Below, piece after piece: positions 28,107 to 37,228 of a stretch of 64,000 nucleotides of DNA (position 1 is the first letter of the stretch; each line of letters opens with the position of its first letter). The notes below the pieces were generated by a model, which was not told the origin of the DNA, searched no databases, and saw only the letters and a list, made by a program, of their open reading frames with translations. Where the stretch lies: positions 20,721-84,720 of the forward strand of contig JBFLVJ010000003.1 in the NCBI GenBank assembly GCA_040758595.1, read 5' to 3'. This DNA comes from Candidatus Micrarchaeota archaeon. Its GTDB lineage: Archaea > Micrarchaeota > Micrarchaeia > Anstonellales > Bilamarchaeaceae. The translations under genes and the position numbers were made by a program.

Positions 28107-29309
28107 TTGTTGCCTCCTAGGCAGGATATCATGAAAACCAAACACTCAGAATCAGAGCGGAAAGAGCTTCTGGCGACACATCTGCTTTATTCATTCATAG
28201 CTGCAGCCCTGGCGCTCATCGTCCCCCTTTACCTACTCCAGATGGAGGTAGATATCGCGATGGTCGGGCTCATCCTCTCGGTCGGACCCTTGACTTTCAT
28301 GACCGTGAGGATTTTCTTCGCTGCGATAGCCGATGATGTCGGAACGAAAGCGATAACCATGGTCTATTCGGTATCCAACATCCTGGCCGTCCTCCTCTAT
28401 CTTCTCGTTCTATCCCCGCTAGGATTCGCATCGGCTACGCTGGCTGAGGGCGTGAGGACATCGGGATTCTGGGCGGTTGCCAGGACGCAGACGATGGAAT
28501 TCAACGGTCGCCACCGCCGCGCCGATGAGCTCGCGATGTATTCCAACGTACGCCAGCTCGGGGACGGCCTCGGGCGGCTCCTGGCAGGCGTCCTGCTCGC
28601 CTACTTCGCATTCCAGGGCTCGTTCCTGCTGGTGCTCGCGCTATCCGCCGCCCTTTTGGGGCTTGCCCTGCTGTCGAGGGAATCGAACAGCGGCCCCATG
28701 AGGCTGGATGGCCATCTGCTCAAAAGGATATTCAAGCGCCGGGATGCCAGCTTCTGGCAGGCCGCATTGCTCCAGCTCTCTGTCTGGGTGCCGTTCAACA
28801 TGCTGATGGCATTCCTGCTTCCGCTTTATCTGGTGAGCGCTCTAGGCATGGACTACCTTGAGGTCGGTGCCATACTAGCCCTGCTCTCCATATGCACCGC
28901 AGCGGTCACATTCATCATGATGCGGCTCAGGTTCAGCAAGAAGGCCCTTCTTGTCCTGACCGCTCTCAATGCCCCCATCCTGATGATAATCCCGTTCACG
29001 CATGTCCTCACTATCCCGATGATGGCCATGCTCGCGATAGGTATGGGTTGCGGCAACATAATCGGGGAATACCTCCTGACGGACCAGATGGTTCGCCATA
29101 AAGGCATGTCGACCAATATCGGAGTGATATATGTCCCGAGCAAGATAGCGGAATTCCTCTTCCTGTCGCTGGGGGGCCTGACAATCGCCGGCTTCGGGTT
29201 CACCCCGCTTTTCTTCGTCTTGGCCGGGCTTCTCATCCTTTTCGCATTGCTGGGCATGAAGTTCATATCCCATCACCCAGTACGCACGCTCCCGCCCCGT
29301 GTCAGATAG
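28107..29309 (+). CDS. MFS transporter (12 TM)
   Basis: Two 6-TM halves with an R/K-rich central loop (MEFNGRHRRADE). Confidence 0.6.
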   Translation: MLPPRQDIMKTKHSESERKELLATHLLYSFIAAALALIVPLYLLQMEVDIAMVGLILSVGPLTFMTVRIFFAAIADDVGTKAITMVYSVSNILAVLLYLLVLSPLGFASATLAEGVRTSGFWAVARTQTMEFNGRHRRADELAMYSNVRQLGDGLGRLLAGVLLAYFAFQGSFLLVLALSAALLGLALLSRESNSGPMRLDGHLLKRIFKRRDASFWQAALLQLSVWVPFNMLMAFLLPLYLVSALGMDYLEVGAILALLSICTAAVTFIMMRLRFSKKALLVLTALNAPILMIIPFTHVLTIPMMAMLAIGMGCGNIIGEYLLTDQMVRHKGMSTNIGVIYVPSKIAEFLFLSLGGLTIAGFGFTPLFFVLAGLLILFALLGMKFISHHPVRTLPPRVR

Positions 29310-29344
29310 CTCGGTAATATAATTTTTTCCGGCGCAATCTCATC

Positions 29345-29617
29345 ATGAGATTCGAGGAGAAGATAGCCGGGGGGAAGCTTGTCTGCATCGAAATCTCCGC
29401 CACGGGGGGCCGGGTGGTCTCGGCATCCATCACCGGGGATTTCTTTCTCCATCCAGAGGAACGGATAAACGCGATGGAATCGGCCCTCATAGGGGTGCAG
29501 CTCGAGGAGAGCGAGGATTCGGTGGCGGTCATTCTGGAGCATGCGCTCGGGGATGGGCAGCTGATAGGTGCGAGCGTGCGAGATCTGGCGAGGATATTCA
29601 GGAGGGCGGTATCATGA
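29345..29617 (+). CDS. lplB: Lipoate-protein ligase accessory subunit LplB (stand-alone LplA C-terminal domain)
   Basis: A 90-aa protein immediately upstream of the LplA catalytic subunit and overlapping it by 4 nt. This split arrangement is known in Thermoplasma. Confidence 0.5.
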   Translation: MRFEEKIAGGKLVCIEISATGGRVVSASITGDFFLHPEERINAMESALIGVQLEESEDSVAVILEHALGDGQLIGASVRDLARIFRRAVS

Positions 29618-30357
29618 GATGGCGCGTCATAGCCTTCTCGGAGAACGACGCTTTCATGAACATGGCCATAGACGAGGCGGTGAGCGAATCGGTCAGGGCG
29701 GGCGGCCCGCCGACAATCAGGTTCTACGGCTGGAACCCCAGCGCCGTATCGATAGGTTATTTCCAGTGCCTCAACAAGGAGGCCGATTCCGAGCGGTGCG
29801 CACTGGAAGGCGTGGACATAGTCCGCAGGCGGACCGGCGGCGGGGCGGTCTATCACGACCGGATGGGCGAAGTCACATACAGCGTCATCGGGAAGGAAGA
29901 GTTATTCCCCAAAGACATAATCGCTTCCTACAAGCTGATATGCGGGTGGGTGATGGATTCGCTCGCCCTCATCGAGATCAAATCAGAGTTCAAGCCGATC
30001 AATGATATCCTAGTCGGCGGGAAGAAGATCTCGGGCAACGCGCAGACGAGGCGGGGCGGGGTCCTGCTCCAGCACGGAACCATCCTCTACGAGGTCGATG
30101 CCGAGCGGATGTTCTCATTGCTCAAGGTCCCGGATGAGAAGATAAAGGACAAGATGATAGCCACCGTGAAAGAGCGCGTGACCTCGGTCAGCCAGCAGAG
30201 GATAGTCCCGCGGGAGCTGCTATCGGAGGCCCTCCTAGCAGGTTTCACGCGTAACAAAGAATTCTTCGAGGGAGAGCTGAACGCCGAAGAGCTCTCCATG
30301 GCGAAATCACTGGTGGAGAGCCGCTACCGCCATCCGGACTGGAACCTCATGCGCTGA
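29614..30357 (+). CDS. lplA: Lipoate-protein ligase A, catalytic subunit
   Basis: The BPL/LPL catalytic motif RRTGGGAVYHD and the lipoyl-AMP binding lysine region KKISGNAQ are present. Confidence 0.75.
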   Translation: MRWRVIAFSENDAFMNMAIDEAVSESVRAGGPPTIRFYGWNPSAVSIGYFQCLNKEADSERCALEGVDIVRRRTGGGAVYHDRMGEVTYSVIGKEELFPKDIIASYKLICGWVMDSLALIEIKSEFKPINDILVGGKKISGNAQTRRGGVLLQHGTILYEVDAERMFSLLKVPDEKIKDKMIATVKERVTSVSQQRIVPRELLSEALLAGFTRNKEFFEGELNAEELSMAKSLVESRYRHPDWNLMR

Positions 30358-30399
30358 AGCCCGCGTTCATTTTTTAAAACCCCTGCCTGAAACCTCATC

Positions 30400-32646
30400 A
30401 TGAAGACGCTAAGATTCCTCATCATGCTCCTCGCAGCGGTTTCCATGGCTTTCGCGGCCACCGATGACGAAAGGGCCATCAAGGTCCTCAAGAGCGCGGC
30501 CGGGCAGCTCGGCTGGTCCGATGCCATATCCACAGACGAGGACGACAACCTCGGCTCCGGCATAACATACACCATCTCGCCCATGGGGACCGGCAGCGAC
30601 GAGGATTTCCACGGCTCGATAACCGTTTTCTCGACCGATCAGGAGCCCGGGTTCTGGATCGGTTTCCTGGACGAGCAGCTGGACATGGATCGCAGCAGCT
30701 ATCAGGGCAGGGACGCGGTCATCAGCCGCTATGGCGAGAACTGCAATCCGACAGGACTGGTGAAGGTCATCAATGATATGGTGGTCGGCATATTCGAGAG
30801 CATGTTCGGCGAGTCCGATGAGGAGAACTGCGTTACCATGCACGGCGCGGTGATCTGGTCATGCGGCAAATACATGTTCGCCTCCAACGATGCCCGCTCT
30901 GACGAGGGCGGGGAGGAGGATGCCATCGCGGCCGCCCTTTACGCAGCGGCGCAGGAGGAAGGCCTTTGCGAATACGGGGACACGCTGGTCGTCATGGTGC
31001 AGACGCCTGACTCGGCAGGCTCGGACAGGCTCACCGAGCAGGTCACGCTCGCCCAGAAGGTCAACGAATATTACGGCGTCGTCTCATACGGCCAGTACCC
31101 GCCGTTCAAGTTCAGCTTCAAGGACGCGGACGGCACTAGAGGCCAGAACGACTGGCATACCCTCCAGACCACTATGGCCACGTTCAGGGGGGACGGGAAC
31201 AAGTTCGGGAACTTCGAGGAGGAGGCGGTCAAGGCCGTGTTCGACGGCACCGATGTGCCACAGGACCTCTATTTCGAGAGGATAGTGTTCGTCTATTCCG
31301 GGGCTCCATGGCAGACCGACCGCTCCAAGCCGTTCTATGACGCCTGCGATTGGAAGAAGGACAGCGACTATATCGAGGCGGACGCAACCCAGGGGAAGCG
31401 CAAGATATACTCCAAGAACTTCATCTTTTTGAGCGAGCAGAGCGCGCTCGGCCAGTGGGCCCACGAGTTCGGCCACTCGCTCCCCTCCAGATATACCGCC
31501 AGCGCTCCCAGGGATTTCGGCAGGATAGACGACCGCTACAGCTATGCTCCTTACCAGTATGGCGAGATATCCGACTGGGGGCTGATGGGCTATGGGGTGT
31601 GGTGGCCCAACGACGCCACTTCGCCGGTCCACATGTCGTCCTTCTCCAAGCAATCCGCGAAGTGGCTGGAATACGCATCCGCGTCCATCAATCAGACCTA
31701 TGTCATAACATCGCTAGAAGACATGCAGAAGGGCGACACCATACTCAGACTGGACGATCCACTCTCCGCTGACGCGGAGCACTATTATATCATCGAGGCG
31801 CGGGACCCGACGGCTTTCTTCGGAGCGCCGGAATCCGGCGTGGTAATATACAAAGTCGGCAAGAATGCCGGCTACCATACGGTCAACGCCCTCGCTCCCC
31901 AGACCGCGAGGACGAGCGCCACGAACGCGAAAGGCCGGAGCTACCAGCTTCCAACCCTCTATGATTCCGCAGGGGTAGGTTCTGTATACATAGATGTGCC
32001 GGCCAACTTCAAGGTCACCCTGCTGAGAGAAGGGGACAAATCATCCACTGTCAAGATAGAGGAGTTCTCCCCGGTGAATCTCGTAGGTGCGACCATCGGT
32101 GCCATCGGCGCCGGACTCGGAGCGCTCCCGGGCGTGAGCCCGGGCGTGAACGCCCCGCCTCCTGATTCCAAAGGGCCGAAGCCCGACATCGATCTCCATG
32201 CCTATGACTCGGCAGGCAACCATGTCGGTATGGACTACCAGATCGGAGAATATGAGATAGACATCCCGGGCGCCATAGCCTCTGGGGACCTTGCGGACGA
32301 TTCCGAGTGGATATTCGTCCCTGAGGGCACCGATGTGAGGTATGAAGTGTCGGCCTATGACATGCAGCGGTTCCTCGCAGAGAACCCTGCGTTCGTTTCT
32401 GTGGCGAAACCGCAGGAATACACCGCCACTGCCGTGAAGTTCGATTCCAAGGGCGAGCGCTACGAAGCCGACCTCGGCACCGGCTCTGCCGCTGCCGGCC
32501 AGACGGTCCAGGTCAGGAGCCCTGCCGATCCATCGCTCCAGTACGTCCAGAGAGATGTTTCCGGTTTCGGGAACAACAGCATCTGTCCGCTGGTGCCTGC
32601 ATCGGTGCTGGGCATCCTGCTGCTGGCCGCCCGGAAAAAATCGTGA
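30400..32646 (+). CDS. Secreted zinc metalloprotease (HExxH; M6/InhA-like) with a C-terminal membrane anchor
   Basis: Signal peptide. WAHEFGHSLPSRY resembles the InhA HEFGH..P..Y motif. A Gly-rich linker is followed by the C-terminal SGFGNNSICPLVPASVLGILLLAARKKS, which is a PGF-CTERM-like TM plus basic tail. Confidence 0.5.
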   Translation: MKTLRFLIMLLAAVSMAFAATDDERAIKVLKSAAGQLGWSDAISTDEDDNLGSGITYTISPMGTGSDEDFHGSITVFSTDQEPGFWIGFLDEQLDMDRSSYQGRDAVISRYGENCNPTGLVKVINDMVVGIFESMFGESDEENCVTMHGAVIWSCGKYMFASNDARSDEGGEEDAIAAALYAAAQEEGLCEYGDTLVVMVQTPDSAGSDRLTEQVTLAQKVNEYYGVVSYGQYPPFKFSFKDADGTRGQNDWHTLQTTMATFRGDGNKFGNFEEEAVKAVFDGTDVPQDLYFERIVFVYSGAPWQTDRSKPFYDACDWKKDSDYIEADATQGKRKIYSKNFIFLSEQSALGQWAHEFGHSLPSRYTASAPRDFGRIDDRYSYAPYQYGEISDWGLMGYGVWWPNDATSPVHMSSFSKQSAKWLEYASASINQTYVITSLEDMQKGDTILRLDDPLSADAEHYYIIEARDPTAFFGAPESGVVIYKVGKNAGYHTVNALAPQTARTSATNAKGRSYQLPTLYDSAGVGSVYIDVPANFKVTLLREGDKSSTVKIEEFSPVNLVGATIGAIGAGLGALPGVSPGVNAPPPDSKGPKPDIDLHAYDSAGNHVGMDYQIGEYEIDIPGAIASGDLADDSEWIFVPEGTDVRYEVSAYDMQRFLAENPAFVSVAKPQEYTATAVKFDSKGERYEADLGTGSAAAGQTVQVRSPADPSLQYVQRDVSGFGNNSICPLVPASVLGILLLAARKKS

Positions 32647-32667
32647 TGCGACGGGGCCGGCTCTTTG

Positions 32668-33783
32668 TCAGAGCCTCTTCACTCCGTCTTTGCTGAGGAC
32701 CAGTTCTATCCTCTCCAGCCTGATGCCAGCATCCTTTCCTATCTGCGCTATCCGTCCGGCGAGTTGCCCTTCATCGGCGCCCCTCTTGACAATGAAAGCC
32801 AGGCTGTCATAGCCGCCAGCTCCCGGGCATCTTCCGGCGACGATCCCGTCCAGCTTCTCGGCTTCGTCTATGGTGATGGTGAGCTCTTTCGGCTCTATGG
32901 GGTCGAAATCAGCGAGCTTCTCCACTTCGGCGCTGAGGCGCCGTTGGATCTCTCTCGCCTTGCGCATCCCCTTCCGGACCATCCCTCCATCTCCTGCTAA
33001 GATGCCATCGAACACCAGCTCCTCCGCCTCGGCCTGCCTGGAAACCATCCGCGCGTAATCGCCGGGCTTCGCTTCCTTGAACCTGCCCATCGCCTTGATG
33101 GCTCCGATGGTCCTGGTGCGGGAGCCTCTTATGTTGAATGCGAGGATGCCGTAATCGCCCATGGAGAACGGCTCCACTTCCATGCCCGGCCAGTCGCTTT
33201 CGACGAGCGAGACGATATGCCTGTCGAAAGCATCCCCTCCCGCCCTATTGAGCGATATCGCTCTCTCACCGAATCTCCGGTATCTGATGGTGCCGAAGAC
33301 AGAGCAGGCGACATCGAATCCGGCCCCGGTCTTTTTGGTGGAGAGGTAGTTAGCTATCTGCGAGACCTTATGCACAACATTCATGTCTTCGATGCCGTGC
33401 CAGCCGAGGACAGCAGCTACGATGGCGACGGTGGAGGCTGCCGAGCTGCCAAGGCCGCTCTTCTCCCTCCTGTTCCCGAAGATGAGGCTGTTCCTGGTCT
33501 CTATCGTGACCGGCTTGAGCACGACACATTTCCCTCTCAGATAGGATAGCGCGGCCATGAAGGCGCATGATGAGCTGTCCCTGCAGTCCGCGAGCCTGCC
33601 CTCAGGATCGATATTCCTGTCGATGGAGAATTGCCTGGAGACCACCCTGAAGCCGCCCTCTCTGCACTCGGCGCTGACGCCCAACCCCATGCGGTCCTCA
33701 ACCGCGATGCTGAGCGCGGGATAATCATCAAGAACCGAATAGCCACCAAGAAGGAGTATCTTCCCTGGCGCGCTGAATCTCAT
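32668..33783 (-). CDS. GHMP kinase, phosphomevalonate-kinase-like (candidate mevalonate-3-phosphate 5-kinase of the Thermoplasma-type pathway)
   Basis: The N-terminus SAPGKILLLGGYSVLD matches the ERG8-type PMK motif. The GHMP ATP-binding loop is SGLGSSAAS. Confidence 0.55.
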   Translation of the reverse strand: MRFSAPGKILLLGGYSVLDDYPALSIAVEDRMGLGVSAECREGGFRVVSRQFSIDRNIDPEGRLADCRDSSSCAFMAALSYLRGKCVVLKPVTIETRNSLIFGNRREKSGLGSSAASTVAIVAAVLGWHGIEDMNVVHKVSQIANYLSTKKTGAGFDVACSVFGTIRYRRFGERAISLNRAGGDAFDRHIVSLVESDWPGMEVEPFSMGDYGILAFNIRGSRTRTIGAIKAMGRFKEAKPGDYARMVSRQAEAEELVFDGILAGDGGMVRKGMRKAREIQRRLSAEVEKLADFDPIEPKELTITIDEAEKLDGIVAGRCPGAGGYDSLAFIVKRGADEGQLAGRIAQIGKDAGIRLERIELVLSKDGVKRL

Positions 33784-33791
33784 AGGAAACC

Positions 33792-34862
33792 TCAGATGAG
33801 CCTGGCTCCGGGTCCGAGCGTGGTCGCTATCAGGGCATCAGGGCCCAGCAGCTCCCCGAGCGTTTCTGACACCTCTTTCCCGTGCTTATTGAGCGTGAAC
33901 ACGACCGCGTTCGGTCCTGCATCGAATGTGTATGCCGCCTTAGCCTCGCCATCATTCATCGAGCGCACGGCCCGGATTATCTTACGGCTGGTCTCATCCA
34001 GGTAATGGAGCGGAGGCTTCGTGCTCTCGCATATCCTGTGCAGGCTGTCGCTGGACTCCATTATCAGCGGGGCGAGGGCTTCGAAGTCCTTCTCCCGGAC
34101 GGCTTCTATCATCCGCCTCCTGGTTTCGCCTTCCTCACGCTCCACCCACGATGCGTAGTTTGGCGAGCTCTCCACGCTGCTCTTCATCCCGCCCCTGCTC
34201 TTGACCTTCTTCTCCTCTTCCTTCACCTTGCAGTATATCAGTGTGAAATCCCGCCAGTGGCGGTATCCGAAGAGGCTTTTCGCGCTGCTGCTGAAGACGG
34301 CCTCTTCCAGCTCGCTCTCCGAGAGCGATGCAGGGCTCCTTCTGTCATCGAAATCCAGCCCGCGTCTCCACTCCACGAACCCGCCATCAGAAGGCATGCT
34401 CCTGGCGGCAGAGCCCGAGCCAAGCCTCGCAAGTACCGAGAGCCGTCCGTCATCGTCCTTTATCGGGGCGAACTCATCGAGTTCCCCGGCCATGGCTTTG
34501 GCCAGCGCCGCGAAGCCGCTGGCAGAACTGGCGAACCCGGCCGCGGTCGGGAAATTGTTGGAGCTCTCTATCTCATAGTCGTAATCCAGCACGAACGGGT
34601 AGAACCTCCCCACCCTGGCCAAGAAATCCAGTAGGTAGCTGTGCTCCGGCCTCCCGGCAGGCATACCCTTCCCGTTGAGGGAGAACGCTATCGCGCTGCT
34701 ATCGCCCTTCTTCCTCTCTGCCAGGACCTCTGTCCTGGTCTCAAGGCCCTTCGGGGTGAACGAGAGGCTGCTCTTGGTGGGGATGAAGTACTCTTCCCAC
34801 GCCGGATTCTTCCCCCAATATTTCAGTATGGCGATATTGGTGGGCGCTATGGCGATTGTCAT
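33792..34862 (-). CDS. Diphosphomevalonate decarboxylase family protein (mevalonate 3-kinase or bisphosphomevalonate decarboxylase type)
   Basis: NIAILKYWGK and the GFASSASGFAAL motif identify the MVD family. It is adjacent to the PMK-like kinase. Confidence 0.65.
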   Translation of the reverse strand: MTIAIAPTNIAILKYWGKNPAWEEYFIPTKSSLSFTPKGLETRTEVLAERKKGDSSAIAFSLNGKGMPAGRPEHSYLLDFLARVGRFYPFVLDYDYEIESSNNFPTAAGFASSASGFAALAKAMAGELDEFAPIKDDDGRLSVLARLGSGSAARSMPSDGGFVEWRRGLDFDDRRSPASLSESELEEAVFSSSAKSLFGYRHWRDFTLIYCKVKEEEKKVKSRGGMKSSVESSPNYASWVEREEGETRRRMIEAVREKDFEALAPLIMESSDSLHRICESTKPPLHYLDETSRKIIRAVRSMNDGEAKAAYTFDAGPNAVVFTLNKHGKEVSETLGELLGPDALIATTLGPGARLI

Positions 34863-36055
34863 TTGATTATCCCAAGCTCCTTGCCGACCTTCTCTATCTT
34901 ATCGATGGCGGTATCAAGATCCTCCATCGAATGCTCGGCGGTTATCATGGTCCTTATCCTGGCCTTGTCCTTGGCCACCATCGGGAACACGATGGGCAGG
35001 GCATAGACGCCTTCCTCGAAGAGCCTGATGCTCATCTGCCTGGCCTTGCCGGCGTCATAGGTCATCACAGGGGTTATCGGCGTCTCGCTGTTCCCGGTGT
35101 CGAATCCTAGCTCCTTGAGCCTCTTCTTGTAGTATCTCGTGTTCTCCCAGAGCTTCTTGACGAGCGCGTCGCTCTCTGAGAGGAGCTCCAGCGAGGCGAT
35201 GGATGCGGCAACTGTGGCCGGTCCGTGCGAGCCTGTCAATAGCCATGTCCTGGACTTGTTGAGCAGGAACTCCTTGTTGGTCTTCGATGTGGCTATCAGG
35301 CCGCCCATGGTGCCGAACGCTTTCGAGAAGGTGCCCATCTCGAAATCCACCCTGCCTTCGAGCTTGAAGTGGTTGACTATCCCGCGTCCGTGCGAACCGA
35401 GCACTCCATCCCCGTGCGCGTCATCCACGTAGGTGACCGCATCGTACCGCTCTGCCAGCTCCACTATCCTGTCCAACGGAGCGATGTCCCCGTCCATCGA
35501 GAACACGCCGTCGGTAACGATGAGGGTGCGGCCCGGCTTCTCGGCCCTGGCCGCTATCTCCTTCAGCCTCGCTTCCAGGTCGCCGGTGTCGTTGTGCTTG
35601 TAAATCAGCCTCTCGGCCTTGCTCAGCCTCAGGCCGTCTATTATGGAGCCGTGGTTGAGCTCATCGGATATCACCACATCGCCCGCCCTGAGCAATGCCG
35701 GCAGCGCCCCGCTGTTGGCTGTGAAGCCCGTATTATAGTAAAGAGCGTCTTCTGTGTGCTTGAACTTCGCTATGAGCTCCTCCAGCCTGATGTGGAGGTC
35801 CATGGTGCCTGCTATCGGCCTGACCGACCCGCTTCCGGCCCCGTACTTCTCTACAGCCGCTATGGCCGCCTTTTTCAGCCTCTCGTGGTTCGCGAGCCCC
35901 AGGTAGTTGTTGGAGCAGAGCATTATCACCTTCTTGTGATCTATGCTCGTCCTGGCGGCAGATGCGCCATTGAGCGTCTTCGGCTTCCAGAGCAGGTTCT
36001 GCTGGTCCAATGCTTCGAGCTCCTGCTTCAGCTCTGCCTCTAGCTTCCTGTTCAT
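34859..36055 (-). CDS. kbl: Glycine C-acetyltransferase (2-amino-3-ketobutyrate CoA ligase) / 8-amino-7-oxononanoate synthase family, PLP-dependent
   Basis: Class-II aminotransferase fold with a conserved Lys region (FSKAFG). It is divergently paired with threonine dehydrogenase. Confidence 0.7.
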   Translation of the reverse strand: MNRKLEAELKQELEALDQQNLLWKPKTLNGASAARTSIDHKKVIMLCSNNYLGLANHERLKKAAIAAVEKYGAGSGSVRPIAGTMDLHIRLEELIAKFKHTEDALYYNTGFTANSGALPALLRAGDVVISDELNHGSIIDGLRLSKAERLIYKHNDTGDLEARLKEIAARAEKPGRTLIVTDGVFSMDGDIAPLDRIVELAERYDAVTYVDDAHGDGVLGSHGRGIVNHFKLEGRVDFEMGTFSKAFGTMGGLIATSKTNKEFLLNKSRTWLLTGSHGPATVAASIASLELLSESDALVKKLWENTRYYKKRLKELGFDTGNSETPITPVMTYDAGKARQMSIRLFEEGVYALPIVFPMVAKDKARIRTMITAEHSMEDLDTAIDKIEKVGKELGIIK

Positions 36056-36169
36056 GCAAAATCACCTGTAAAATCTTCATTCTGCCGGTTTTAAACCCTG
36101 TCTTTTCTCTCGTGGGATTCCGTCTAATGTCGTAATAGTTAGTGGGGATTAGCGCATTTTAAAATCCCT

Positions 36170-37228
36170 TTGCCGCTTTTGATTGGCATGGAAAAGATGC
36201 AGTCAGTCTGGAAGACCACTTCAGGGGAGGGGCTCGAGATAAAGGAGGCCCCGGTACCCAAGATAAAAGACAACGAGGTCCTCATCAAGGTCAAGGCGAC
36301 CTCCATCTGCGGCACCGACATCCACATCTACAAGTGGGATGCCTGGGCCCAGCAGAGGATCGGCAAGAACATACCGTATATCTTCGGCCATGAGGTCTCT
36401 GGAGAGATCGTCGAGATGGGAAAGGACGTGAAAGGGCTCTCTATCGGCGACCATGTCTCTGCCGAGACGCACATATCCTGCGGCTACTGCCAGCAGTGCA
36501 AGACCGGCCAGGAGCACATCTGCCAGAACGTCAAGATACTGGGCGTGGACACCAACGGCACCTTCGCGGAATATCTCGCCCTGCCATACAGGAACGCCTG
36601 GGTCAACGACAAGAAGATCCCCCACTGGGTGGCAACGGCCCAGGAGCCTTTGGGCAATGCCGTCCACACCGTCTTCGACGGCGAAGTGGCCGGCAAGACC
36701 GTGACGGTCTTCGGCATGGGCCCTATCGGCGTCTGCGCGGTGAAGCTCTGCAAGCTCGCAGGGGCCGACAAGGTCATCGCGGTGGATCACCATGAAGGCA
36801 GGCTCAGGTTCGGCAAGGATTTCGGCGCCGACATCACTATACAGAGCGGCGACGGGAAAGATGTGCGCAAACAGATACTGGACGCCACCGATGGCTTCGG
36901 GGCCGACGTGTTCCTTGAGATGGCCGGAGCGCCTGCGGCGATGCAGGACGGCCTGGCGACACTCAAGGCCGGTGGAAGGGCGTCTATACTGGGCGTATTC
37001 CCGAAGCCGTTCGAAGTGGACGTCACCAACGACATCGTGTTCAAGGGCATAAGACTGGGCGGCATCAACGGAAGGAAGATGTTCGACACCTGGTACAAGG
37101 CCAAATCGTTCCTGCCAAAGATGGGCCTGGAGAAGCTGGTCACCCACAGGATGAAGCTCAGCGAGATCGAGAAAGGGTTCGACGTCCTGTTGAGGCGCGA
37201 AGGGATGAAGGTCGTCCTGGAGCCATAG
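36170..37228 (+). CDS. tdh: L-threonine 3-dehydrogenase (Zn-dependent MDR family)
   Basis: The GHEVSGEIVEMG catalytic zinc motif, the structural zinc Cys cluster CGYCQQC and the Rossmann motif GMGPIG are present. Confidence 0.75.
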   Translation: MPLLIGMEKMQSVWKTTSGEGLEIKEAPVPKIKDNEVLIKVKATSICGTDIHIYKWDAWAQQRIGKNIPYIFGHEVSGEIVEMGKDVKGLSIGDHVSAETHISCGYCQQCKTGQEHICQNVKILGVDTNGTFAEYLALPYRNAWVNDKKIPHWVATAQEPLGNAVHTVFDGEVAGKTVTVFGMGPIGVCAVKLCKLAGADKVIAVDHHEGRLRFGKDFGADITIQSGDGKDVRKQILDATDGFGADVFLEMAGAPAAMQDGLATLKAGGRASILGVFPKPFEVDVTNDIVFKGIRLGGINGRKMFDTWYKAKSFLPKMGLEKLVTHRMKLSEIEKGFDVLLRREGMKVVLEP

